48,703 bases of DNA, taken from the NCBI GenBank assembly GCA_034666725.1, contig JAXDLE010000004.1, forward strand, positions 1 through 48,703, in the 5' to 3' direction. The DNA comes from Chloroflexota bacterium (lineage in GTDB: Bacteria > Chloroflexota > Limnocylindria > Limnocylindrales > CSP1-4). The first letter of the stretch is position 1; each line of letters begins with the position of its first letter. The notes under the pieces are model-generated. The model had not been told where the DNA came from, made no database searches, and saw nothing but the letters and a program-made list of their open reading frames with translations. This document shows positions 33,947-42,525 of this stretch, piece by piece. A program made the position numbers and the translations under genes.

Positions 33947-35410
33947 TTAGAGCGCCTTTACCGCCGCGGTCAGCGCGGTCAGGCCCTCGCGCGCATCGGC
34001 GAAAAGCATGCCCGTCTTGGGGTCGGCATAGAGCTCGTTGTCAATGCCCGCGTAGCCGGGGCGCATTGAGCGCTTGATGACGACGATGCTGCGCGCCTTG
34101 TCGACGTCGAGAATTGGCATCCCATAGATAGGCGAGGACTTATTGGTCCGAGCGGCGGGATTGGTGACGTCGTTGGCGCCGACGACGAGCGCAACATCGG
34201 CTCTCTCAAACTCGGGGTTGACCTCGTCCATCTCCTTGAGCTGCGGGTAGGGCACATTGGCCTCGGCGAGCAGCACGTTCATGTGGCCGGGCATGCGCCC
34301 CGCGACGGGATGGATGGCGTACGAGACCTCGATGCCGCGATCCTCGAGCAGATCGGCGAGTTCGCGACACGCGTGCTGCGCCTGGGCGACGGCGAGGCCG
34401 TAGCCGGGCACGATGATCACCTTCTGGGCGTAGGCGAGCTGGATCGCCGCGTCGTCGACACCGATCTCGCGCACGCTGCCGGTCGCACCGGCGGGACCCT
34501 CTCCCCCGCCAGTATCGCCCGTGCCGAAGCCGCCGACCATGATGTTGGCGATCGACCGGTTCATGGCATCGGCCATGAGCTTGGTCAGGATGGCGCCCGA
34601 GGCACCGACCAGCGCGCCCGAGATGATCAACACGGGGTTGCCGATGACGAAGCCGGCCATCGCGGCGGCCGTGCCGGTGAACGAGTTGAGCAGCGAGATG
34701 ACGACGGGCATGTCGGCGCCGCCGATCGGCAGGACCAGCGTGATGCCGAAGATCAGCGCCGCTACAACGATCAGGCCGAGGGCGATGAGCTGCGTTTCGG
34801 CGGTGAGTGTCAGAAGGCCGGCCGCGCCCATGACGAGTACCACCAACCCAGCGACAGCCACGAGAGCCGTCAGCGCGGTGACGAGCCGCGAGCCGGGGAA
34901 GGTGATGGGCTTGCCCGGGACGATGCCCTGCAGCTTGCCCGACGCGATGACCGAACCCGAGAAGGTGACCGAACCGATGACCGCGCCCAGCACGACGAAA
35001 ATCGCCGTGGAGATCGACAGCTCGGGCGTGCCCACGATGTGGATGTAGTCATCGATGGCGACGAGCGCGGCCGCGCCACCACCGACAGCGTTGAAGAGCG
35101 AAACGAGTTGCGGCATCGCCGTCATAGCGACCTTGCGCGCCATCCACAGGCCGATGCCGCCACCCACGACGAAGCCGACGAGGATGATCGCGATCGCCTC
35201 GAAACCCATGCCGCCCGGCCGGATTGGGTTGCCCGGCGTCAGCAGCCACACGAAGGTGACGACGACGGCGAGCGCCATTCCGGCCGCGCTGAGCTGATTG
35301 CCGCGCCGCGCCGTGGCGGGCGAGTTCATCTGATGCAGGCCCAGGACGAAGCCGGCGGCACCGACCAGCCAGGCGAGGAAGACCAGGGCGTCGATCGTGG
35401 GCTGGCTCAC
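33947..35410 (-). CDS. pntB: NAD(P) transhydrogenase subunit beta
   Basis: The N-terminus is polytopic. The C-terminal NADP(H) domain reads VIIVPGYGLAVAQAQH...VSYAIHPVAGRMPGHMNVLLAEA...VGANDVTNPAA. Confidence 0.95.
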   Translation of the reverse strand: MSQPTIDALVFLAWLVGAAGFVLGLHQMNSPATARRGNQLSAAGMALAVVVTFVWLLTPGNPIRPGGMGFEAIAIILVGFVVGGGIGLWMARKVAMTAMPQLVSLFNAVGGGAAALVAIDDYIHIVGTPELSISTAIFVVLGAVIGSVTFSGSVIASGKLQGIVPGKPITFPGSRLVTALTALVAVAGLVVLVMGAAGLLTLTAETQLIALGLIVVAALIFGITLVLPIGGADMPVVISLLNSFTGTAAAMAGFVIGNPVLIISGALVGASGAILTKLMADAMNRSIANIMVGGFGTGDTGGGEGPAGATGSVREIGVDDAAIQLAYAQKVIIVPGYGLAVAQAQHACRELADLLEDRGIEVSYAIHPVAGRMPGHMNVLLAEANVPYPQLKEMDEVNPEFERADVALVVGANDVTNPAARTNKSSPIYGMPILDVDKARSIVVIKRSMRPGYAGIDNELYADPKTGMLFADAREGLTALTAAVKAL

Positions 35411-35694
35411 TTCGGGCGCTTCCTGAACATCTGGAGCATCCGATCGGTCACGACGTAGCCACCCACGACGTTGGCTGCGCCGAAGACCATGGCCACGAAC
35501 GCCAGTGCATACGAGACCCAGTTGTCGGCCGAGGCGGCGATCAGCATGGCGCCCACCATGACGATGCCGTGGATCGAGTTGGCGCCACTCATGAGCGGCG
35601 TATGCAGCGTCGCCGGCACCTTGCTGATGACCTCGAAGCCGACCAGGATCGCGAGCACGAAGATGGCGATCGCGTTGAGCAGCTCGGGGCTCAT
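35407..35694 (-). CDS. pntAB: NAD(P) transhydrogenase subunit alpha part 2 (membrane)
   Basis: This 95-aa protein has three TM helices and includes TPLMSGANSIHGIV. Its overlaps with the flanking pnt genes are 4 nt each. Confidence 0.9.
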   Translation of the reverse strand: MSPELLNAIAIFVLAILVGFEVISKVPATLHTPLMSGANSIHGIVMVGAMLIAASADNWVSYALAFVAMVFGAANVVGGYVVTDRMLQMFRKRPK

Positions 35695-36836
35695 GACTTG
35701 GCCTCCGAGAGAAGCTTCTTGGTCGCTTCCTGGACGACGGCGCCCTCGTGGGTGATCACGGTCGCGCCGCTGATCTCATCGGTCAGGTCGATGTTCAACT
35801 CGCCGTCCTTCATGAAGCTGAGCAGGAACGTAGCCAAGTTGCGCGCGTAGAACTGGCTGGCGCCGGCGGGCATCGTGGCCGGCAGGTTGGTCGGTGCCAG
35901 GATCGTCACGCCGTTGTTGGTGACCACCGTCTCATCGGGCTTGGAGAGCTCGACGTTGCCGCCGAGCGCGCTTGCTGCCATATCGACGATGACCGAGCCG
36001 GGCTTCATGCCCTTAACCGCATCGGCCGTTACAAGCAGTGGCGGACGGCGGCCGGGCACCTGGGCGGTCGTGATGATCACGTCCATGCCGGCGATGTGTG
36101 TGTTGAGCTCCCCCTGCTGGGCGGCCTGTTCCTCGGGCGTCAGCTGGCGGGCATAGCCGCCAGTGCCAGACGCGTCAGCGACTGACTTCAGCACGATGAA
36201 CCCGGCGCCGAGCGACTCGGCCTGTTCGCGCGTCTCGCTACGCACGTCGTACGCCTTGACGATCGCGCCCAACCGGCGCGCGGTGGCGATGGCCTGGAGC
36301 CCGGCGACGCCGACACCCAGGATCAGCACGTTCGCCGGGCGAGCCGTGCCCGCGGCAGTGGTGAGCAGCGGGAAGTAGCGGCCGTAGGCCTCGGCCGCGA
36401 TCAGTACCGCGCGGTAGCCGCCGACGTTCGCCTGCGACGAGAGCACGTCCATGGATTGAGCGCGCGACAGTGTCCGTGGGATCGAGTCAAGGCTGATAGC
36501 CGTGACGCCGGCGTCCGCGAGAGACTGCATCAGCTTGGGGTCGAACAGCGGCTGGAGCAGCCCGACTACAGCCTGGCCCTTGCGCAGCGACTTGGCATCG
36601 TCGGCGTCCGGCTTCTGAACGCGAGCTACAACGTCGGCGTCGCTGTACAGGGTTGCGCGGTCGACCAGCTTCGCGCCGGCGGCCTCGTAGAGGCTGTCCG
36701 GGAGGGCCGCACCGTCACCGGCGCCGCGCTCAACCAGGATCTCGGCGCCGGCCGCGATCAGCGGCTTGAGTGCGTCGGGAACGAGCGCCACACGCCGCTC
36801 ATTGGGCGCGCGCTCTTTCACCACACCAATCTTCAT
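35691..36836 (-). CDS. pntAA: NAD(P) transhydrogenase subunit alpha part 1 (NAD(H)-binding dI domain)
   Basis: Matches are MKIGVVKERAPNERRVALVPD, SIPRTLSRAQSMDVLSSQANVGGY and the Rossmann motif ILGVGVAGLQAIATARRLGA. The ATG at 36836 is chosen and the 58-codon upstream extension rejected. Confidence 0.92.
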   Translation of the reverse strand: MKIGVVKERAPNERRVALVPDALKPLIAAGAEILVERGAGDGAALPDSLYEAAGAKLVDRATLYSDADVVARVQKPDADDAKSLRKGQAVVGLLQPLFDPKLMQSLADAGVTAISLDSIPRTLSRAQSMDVLSSQANVGGYRAVLIAAEAYGRYFPLLTTAAGTARPANVLILGVGVAGLQAIATARRLGAIVKAYDVRSETREQAESLGAGFIVLKSVADASGTGGYARQLTPEEQAAQQGELNTHIAGMDVIITTAQVPGRRPPLLVTADAVKGMKPGSVIVDMAASALGGNVELSKPDETVVTNNGVTILAPTNLPATMPAGASQFYARNLATFLLSFMKDGELNIDLTDEISGATVITHEGAVVQEATKKLLSEAKS

Positions 36837-36858
36837 CGGGACGGAAGAATAGCCGACC

Positions 36859-38058
36859 TCACGGGCTGACCGCGTTCGCCTCCCCGGCCAGCTCGACCGC
36901 CTCGACCGAGTCGTCCGCAAGGTTGGCCGGCCGGCGCAGGTCGGGATCGAACAGCGCGACGACCGCGGAAAGCGCCAGCGCCCCGAGGGCGACCGCCAGC
37001 AGCGTCGCATAGCCCACGCTCCCGATCAGCGGCGCGGTGCCCAGGCTGCCCAGCGCGATCGAGGCGGAGAAGCTCGCGTTGAAGATCGCAAAGGCGCTGC
37101 CGCGATCGGCGTCAGCGCTGCGCGCGGTGATTGCGAGCAGCAGCGGCTGGACGATGAGCGCCGCGCCGACGCCGGTCAGCAGACCGGAGACGATGAGCAC
37201 CGGCGTCGTCGGCGGATCGAACAGCAGCAGCACGGCGAGGAAGGTCATGACGATGCCGCCGACCACCGGCCCGATCGGCGCTATGCGGTCGGCCAGCCAT
37301 CCGGCCGGAAGGCGCATCGCCAGGACGCCGACGCCGTCAGCGGCAAAAAAGAGGGCGATGTCGGCGTGCGCGGCTTCCGCGCGCTGCGGCAGGTATGCGG
37401 TCACGACGCCCCAATGAAGAACGAACAGAACGACGATCGCGAGCGGACCGAGCCACGAGCGGCGGTAGGCGAAGCCGAAGCGGCGCGACGCTGCCGCGAG
37501 ATTCGAGACAGTCGTATCGCCGCGCCTGATCGGCCGCGCGACGACGATGGCGAGTGCGGTGATGACGAACAGGCCGACGGCGAGGCACACGCCGCTCATG
37601 CCGTACAGGTCGAGCAGGAATATCGACAACGGTGGCAGCAGCACCAGCGTCAGATTGTGCGCCGAGCCCACGGCGGCGATGGCCGTGCCGCGTCGTGCGG
37701 CGGGCACCAGCGACGGGACGAGGGCCATCGACGCGGGAACCGCCAGCCCGCCGGCCGCGCCCTGCAGGATGCGTGCCGCAACCACTGCGGGTGTCGTGTC
37801 CAGGCCGAAGACAAACAGGATGGCTGCCGCGGCGAGGTAAAGCAGGCCGCCGGCCATGAAGAGGCGCATCTGGCCGAAGCGGTCGATCAGCGCCCCGCCA
37901 ACGAGCGCCCCACCGATCTGCACCAGCGCGGCGATGCCGACCAGCGCGCCGATCTCCGCGTCGGGCCGCCCGGCGCGCGCCAGGGCGACCGGGATGGACG
38001 CGGTGAAGCCGTGGAAGCCGGCCTGCACCAGGAACAGGGCGATCGACAGGCGGATCAC
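36859..38058 (-). CDS. MFS transporter
   Basis: It has 12 predicted TM helices. The MFS loop motif is GGALIDRFGQMR, with a second-half repeat WLADRIAP. Confidence 0.85.
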   Translation of the reverse strand: MIRLSIALFLVQAGFHGFTASIPVALARAGRPDAEIGALVGIAALVQIGGALVGGALIDRFGQMRLFMAGGLLYLAAAAILFVFGLDTTPAVVAARILQGAAGGLAVPASMALVPSLVPAARRGTAIAAVGSAHNLTLVLLPPLSIFLLDLYGMSGVCLAVGLFVITALAIVVARPIRRGDTTVSNLAAASRRFGFAYRRSWLGPLAIVVLFVLHWGVVTAYLPQRAEAAHADIALFFAADGVGVLAMRLPAGWLADRIAPIGPVVGGIVMTFLAVLLLFDPPTTPVLIVSGLLTGVGAALIVQPLLLAITARSADADRGSAFAIFNASFSASIALGSLGTAPLIGSVGYATLLAVALGALALSAVVALFDPDLRRPANLADDSVEAVELAGEANAVSP

Positions 38059-38091
38059 GCCGCCGATGATCGCCCATTAGCCTCTACCGCG

Positions 38092-39462
38092 ATGGCCTCC
38101 CTGCTCGACCAGCTGCGCTCCGAGCTGCCCGACCTTCGGGTCCTCTCCGATGCGACGGATACGGAGCCATTTCGCTTCGACGAGACGGCCTTCCTGAAAG
38201 CCGGCCAGCCGCTGGGAGTCGTCTTCCCGACATCGACTGCTGACACGCAGGCGATCGTCCGCGCCGCTGCTGCGGCCGGGATCCCGATCGTTGCCCGGGG
38301 CGCCGGCACGGGTCTATCCGGGGGAGCGGTGGCGGTCGATGGCGCACTGACCGTCGTGTTCACGAAGATGGACGCCATCCTCGAGCTCGACACCGCCAAC
38401 CTGACCGCGACCGTCCAGCCGGGCGTCATCAACGCCGACCTGAATCGCGCCGCGAACGAGAAGGGCCTCTTCTACCCGCCCGATCCGGCGAGCTATGAGC
38501 AGTGCACGATCGGCGGCAACGTGGCCGAGAACTCGGGCGGCCTGCGCTGCGTCAAGTACGGCGTCACGCGTGATTGGGTGTGCGGCCTCGAGGTCGTGCT
38601 CGCCGATGGGTCGGTCATTCGCACCGGCGGCAAGAACAAGAAGGATGTCGCGGGCTACGACCTGACAGGGCTCTTCGTCGGCTCCGAGGGAACGTTGGGG
38701 CTCGTGACCGAAGTGACGGTTCGGCTGTTGCCCACGCCGCCCGCCAAGCTGACGCTCATCGCCTTCTTTGCCACGGTCCACGACGCGGGCGAGGCGGTCG
38801 CCGGCATCACCGCCGCGGGCGTCGTCCCGGTAACGCTCGAATTGATGGACGCGTACACGATCGCGGCGGTCGACGATGCCTTTCAGCTAGGCCTCGACCG
38901 CGACGCCGGAGCGATGCTGATGGTCGAGTCGGACCTGGGTGGCGCGGCCGCGGAGGCGCAGCTGGCCGCGGTGGAGGCGGCGTGCAATGCGGCGCACGCG
39001 TCCTCGGTGTTGCGCGCCGCGGACGCCCAGGAAGCGGACTGGCTGCGCCAGGCACGGCGCGAGGCGCACGGCGCGCTCGAACGCCGCGGCGCGGCGCGCA
39101 TGGACGACGTCAGCGTGCCGCGCGACCGCGTCCCGGACATGATCGACGCAATCACGCGCATCGCCGCCGCCAACTCGCTGCCCGTCGGCATCTTCGGCCA
39201 CGCCGGCGACGGCAACCTCCACCCCACGTACATCCTCGATCGCGACGACCCGACCGCCGAGGCGCGCATCGACACGACGCGCGACCAGATCTACCGCGCG
39301 GCGCTCGAGATGGGCGGCGCGATCACCGGTGAGCACGGCACCGGGCTCGCCAAGAAGAAGTGGCTCGAGCTCCAGCGCGGCGCCAGATCGGTCGAGGTGA
39401 TGCGGTCGGTCAAGGCGGCGCTCGATCCGCACGCCCTGTTCAACCCGGGCAAGGTGTTTTAG
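38092..39462 (+). CDS. FAD-linked oxidase (GlcD / D-lactate dehydrogenase family)
   Basis: The FAD-binding PCMH domain is PIVARGAGTGLSGGAV...GVINADL...GLFYPPDPAS...TIGGNVAENSGG. The C-terminal region is GHAGDGNLHP...GGAITGEHGTGLAK. The ATG at 38092 (MASLLDQL) is in frame with the track ORF 37366..39462. The upstream part of that ORF is antisense to the MFS gene. Confidence 0.9.
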   Translation: MASLLDQLRSELPDLRVLSDATDTEPFRFDETAFLKAGQPLGVVFPTSTADTQAIVRAAAAAGIPIVARGAGTGLSGGAVAVDGALTVVFTKMDAILELDTANLTATVQPGVINADLNRAANEKGLFYPPDPASYEQCTIGGNVAENSGGLRCVKYGVTRDWVCGLEVVLADGSVIRTGGKNKKDVAGYDLTGLFVGSEGTLGLVTEVTVRLLPTPPAKLTLIAFFATVHDAGEAVAGITAAGVVPVTLELMDAYTIAAVDDAFQLGLDRDAGAMLMVESDLGGAAAEAQLAAVEAACNAAHASSVLRAADAQEADWLRQARREAHGALERRGAARMDDVSVPRDRVPDMIDAITRIAAANSLPVGIFGHAGDGNLHPTYILDRDDPTAEARIDTTRDQIYRAALEMGGAITGEHGTGLAKKKWLELQRGARSVEVMRSVKAALDPHALFNPGKVF

Positions 39463-39477
39463 ACCGACAATTGCGCC

Positions 39478-40488
39478 TTGGCCAGGATCGATCCGCACGA
39501 TCCCGGACCCGAGGTCGCGGGCAAGCGTGCGAAGGAAGTTCTCGACGCCGCGGTAGAGCCGATCAACCTGTCCGACGGCGCCACGGTGCGCGTCGGTACG
39601 GCATCCTGGACGGACCCGACCATGACCGCGGGCACGGTCTTCTACCCCAAGGGCGCGGACTCGGCCGAGTCGCGGCTGCAGTACTACGCCAGCCAATTCC
39701 CGCTGGTCGAGATCGACGCCACCTACTACGCCCTGCCCAACGCACGCACCGCCGAGCTGTGGCGCGAGCGGACGCCGCCAGATTTCATCTTCGACGTCAA
39801 GGCGCATGCCCTCATGACCGGCCAGCCGACAGAGACCAAGCGGCTGCCGAAATTGATCCGAGAGGCGCTCCCGGCCGAGCTTGCCGACAAGCCCCGGCTC
39901 TATGCCAAGGATCTGCCCGCAGAGCTGCGCCAGCAGGTATTCGCGATGTTCATGGAGGGCCTCGAACCGCTGCGCGGCGCGGGCCAGCTCGGCTCGATCC
40001 TGCTCCAGTACCCGCGCTGGTTCTTCCCCATCAGTGAGAGTCGGGACCTCATCCTCGAGGCCCGCGAGATGCTCGGCCACACGGTCGCGATCGAGTTGCG
40101 CAACGCGTCGTGGTTCAACGAGAAGAACCTCGAGCGGACGCTGCGTTTCCTGACCGACAACAAGCTGCCCTTCGTCATGGTCGACGAGCCGCAGGGCTTC
40201 AAGAGCAGCGTCCCGCCGGTGGTCGCGGTGACCTCACCCGACCTGGCGGTGATGCGCTTTCACGGCCGGAACTCCGAGAACTGGGAGAAGAAGGGCATCA
40301 CCCCGGCCGAGCGGTTCCAGTATCTGTATGACCGCGAGCAGCTGTCGGAGTGGGCGCCCCGGCTGCGCGACGCAGCCAAGGAGACGCGCGACATTCATGT
40401 ACTGATGAACAACTGCTACGCCAACTACGGCGCGACTAACGCACGCGAGCTCGCGCGGATCCTGTCCGACCTGAAACCGGCCGACTGA
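39478..40488 (+). CDS. DUF72-family protein
   Basis: Matches are VRVGTASWTD...FYP, FPLVEIDATYYALP, FDVKAH, LQYPRWF, AIELRNASWF, MRFHGRN and HVLMNNCYANYGATNAREL. The start (TTG at 39478) is uncertain. Confidence 0.82.
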   Translation: MARIDPHDPGPEVAGKRAKEVLDAAVEPINLSDGATVRVGTASWTDPTMTAGTVFYPKGADSAESRLQYYASQFPLVEIDATYYALPNARTAELWRERTPPDFIFDVKAHALMTGQPTETKRLPKLIREALPAELADKPRLYAKDLPAELRQQVFAMFMEGLEPLRGAGQLGSILLQYPRWFFPISESRDLILEAREMLGHTVAIELRNASWFNEKNLERTLRFLTDNKLPFVMVDEPQGFKSSVPPVVAVTSPDLAVMRFHGRNSENWEKKGITPAERFQYLYDREQLSEWAPRLRDAAKETRDIHVLMNNCYANYGATNARELARILSDLKPAD

Positions 40489-40509
40489 CGGCGTGGACGG
40501 CCCGCCTCG

Positions 40510-41199
40510 TCAGGTGCTCCTGACGCGCGCGATCGCCATCCCGTCGTAACTGGTCTCGCCGGCCAGCGGCACAACAGTCGCATCCACGCGCGACTCACGC
40601 GCCAGCGCTTCGAGGAACCTCCGAGCGCCGATGGCACGCAGATTGGTCGTGGCGGCATTGGTCACCTCGCCCTCGCGGATGACGTTGTCGGCGACTATGA
40701 CCGTGCCCGGCCGCGAGAGGAGCAGGACCGCCTCGAGGTAGTCCACGTAACTCGGCTCGTCGGCGTCGATGAACGCGAGGTCAAACGGCGCCTCGCCTGA
40801 AGCGAGCATCGCGCGCAGGCTCTCGATCGCCGGTCCCACGCGCACCTTGACCACGTCTCCGAGCCCGGCATTCGCGAGGGACGTCCGGGCGACCTCGGCG
40901 CGCGCCGGGTCGATCTCGAGACTGACCAAGCTGCCATCGGAAGGCAATGCGCGCGCGAGCCAGATGGTGCTGTACCCGCCCAACGTGCCGATCTCGAGTA
41001 TTCGTCGAGCGCCGATGACGAGCGCGAGGATCTGCAGGAAGCGGCCCTGCGTAGCCGAAATCTCGATGGACGGAAGGCCGGCAGCAGCGGCCCTGTCGGT
41101 GGCCGTCTGGAGCGCGGGGTCCTCGAGGCCGAACAGGTCGGTGGTGTAGCGCTCAACGGCACCGAACAGGTTCCGTCGAGTCAGCGCCGGGTCTGACAC
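40510..41199 (-). CDS. Class I SAM-dependent O-methyltransferase (caffeoyl-CoA OMT-like)
   Basis: Matches are GRFLQILALVIGARRILEIGTLGGYSTIWLA (SAM motif I), FDLAFIDADEPSYVDYL and RPGTVIVADNV. I propose GTG at 41199, in frame and just after the EamA stop at 41205-41207. The 579-aa track ORF is a read-through over the EamA gene in another frame. Confidence 0.78.
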   Translation of the reverse strand: MSDPALTRRNLFGAVERYTTDLFGLEDPALQTATDRAAAAGLPSIEISATQGRFLQILALVIGARRILEIGTLGGYSTIWLARALPSDGSLVSLEIDPARAEVARTSLANAGLGDVVKVRVGPAIESLRAMLASGEAPFDLAFIDADEPSYVDYLEAVLLLSRPGTVIVADNVIREGEVTNAATTNLRAIGARRFLEALARESRVDATVVPLAGETSYDGMAIARVRST

Positions 41200-41204
41200 A
41201 GGCC

Positions 41205-42212
41205 TCAGGCCGACGGACTGATCGGCTGGCTTTCCTCCGTGGAATCGGGCGACGCCTCGGGCTCTCCGACCGGAACTTGCCGTCGCGACTCGGTGCGGAT
41301 CACCAGCCACACGGCGACGATGATCACCGCCGCGCCGATGACCATCGTCAGGTCGATCGTCTCGTGCAGCAGCACCGCGCCGAGGAACACCGCGACCACC
41401 GGATTGACATACGCATAGGTCGAGACACGCGACACGCTGGCGTGGATCAGTGCCCAGGTGTAGGCGGTGTAGGCGAGGACGCTGCCGAAGGTGATCAGGT
41501 AGGCAAGTGACAGCAGGGACTCCAGGCTGAACTTGTCGGGCTGCACGGTCTCGCCGGTCAGGGCGCCGGTCACGAGCAGGCCCACGCCGCCAACCAGCAT
41601 CTGCACGCCGGTCGACGCAAGCGGGTCGTAGGGCATGTCGAGTCGCTTGGAGAAATAGCTGCCGATCGACCACGAGATCGCCGCGCCGACGATCATCAGC
41701 ATGCTCAGCACATCGACGCGGCCATTGACGCCTTCGGGCACGATCAGGATCGCCACGCCGGCAAACCCGGCGACCACGCCGAAGATCGTGCCGGTTGCGA
41801 TCCGCTCGCGGAACAGCCAGCGCAGGACGACGACACACAGCGGCACGACGGCAACGATCAGCGCCGTCAGGCCGCTCGGCACCTCGCGCTCGCCGAGCAC
41901 GACCAGGCCGTTGCCGCCGAGCAACAGCAGGAGCCCCACAATCCCGCCGCCGATTACCTCGCTTCGGCGCAGCCGGAACGCACGGCGGCCGCGCCACACG
42001 AGGAGCAGTCCGAAAATGATGACTCCCGCGACCACGTGACGTGTGCCACCGCTGAGCAGCGGCGGCATGGTCTGGACCATGACGCGGATCGCGAGGTAGG
42101 TCGAGCCCCAGACGATGTAGACGATCCCCAGGGCGAGCCAAATCTTCCATTCCGGTGCCTGGACGTTGGCTCGTTGGGCGCGCACCCGTGGAGTTTGCTG
42201 GAAACGGAGCAA
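41205..42212 (-). CDS. EamA/DMT-family transporter (RhaT-like)
   Basis: It has ten TM helices. The two EamA repeats are IVYIVWGSTYLAIRV and AYTAYTWALIHASVSRVSTYAYVNPVVAVFLGAVLLHE. Confidence 0.85.
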   Translation of the reverse strand: MLRFQQTPRVRAQRANVQAPEWKIWLALGIVYIVWGSTYLAIRVMVQTMPPLLSGGTRHVVAGVIIFGLLLVWRGRRAFRLRRSEVIGGGIVGLLLLLGGNGLVVLGEREVPSGLTALIVAVVPLCVVVLRWLFRERIATGTIFGVVAGFAGVAILIVPEGVNGRVDVLSMLMIVGAAISWSIGSYFSKRLDMPYDPLASTGVQMLVGGVGLLVTGALTGETVQPDKFSLESLLSLAYLITFGSVLAYTAYTWALIHASVSRVSTYAYVNPVVAVFLGAVLLHETIDLTMVIGAAVIIVAVWLVIRTESRRQVPVGEPEASPDSTEESQPISPSA

Positions 42213-42525
42213 TCGCGAGCGGAAGGGTGCTGATGGGTCGGGGAACCATCGACCGGTGCCTCTAGTACGTACATCCGGCTACGTATTCAATTCCGTGGCA
42301 GTCCGGATGGTGCGCAACGAGCGTGAACCCGATGATTTGTCTCGGTCGGCCAATACGGCTGGCGAAATTGAACATTGAAGCTTGGCTCCACCCTTACACG
42401 GCGGGGTGTGAAGACAAGCGATGACGGGAGCCGGACGGGCGCTGGGGCGCAGTCCGGCTCTAGTCTTTCCCGGCGCCTTTTCAGACTGCGATTCAGGGCG
42501 TCGCTTGCGACCTATCATCGGTTGC

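Noticed and set aside
37366-38091. The N-terminal extension of the GlcD-like ORF, with analogous extensions at 12562..12936, 14465..14752, 21542..21814, 36837..37010 and 46169..46489
   Set aside because: The extensions are Arg-rich, overlap neighbouring genes on the other strand or frame, and precede internal start codons that create tight stop/start coupling with the upstream gene.
41200-42249. The upstream part of the 579-aa minus-strand ORF 40510..42249
   Set aside because: It overlaps the well-supported EamA transporter gene in another frame and is Arg/Pro-rich. Only the C-terminal 229 codons carry the O-methyltransferase motifs.
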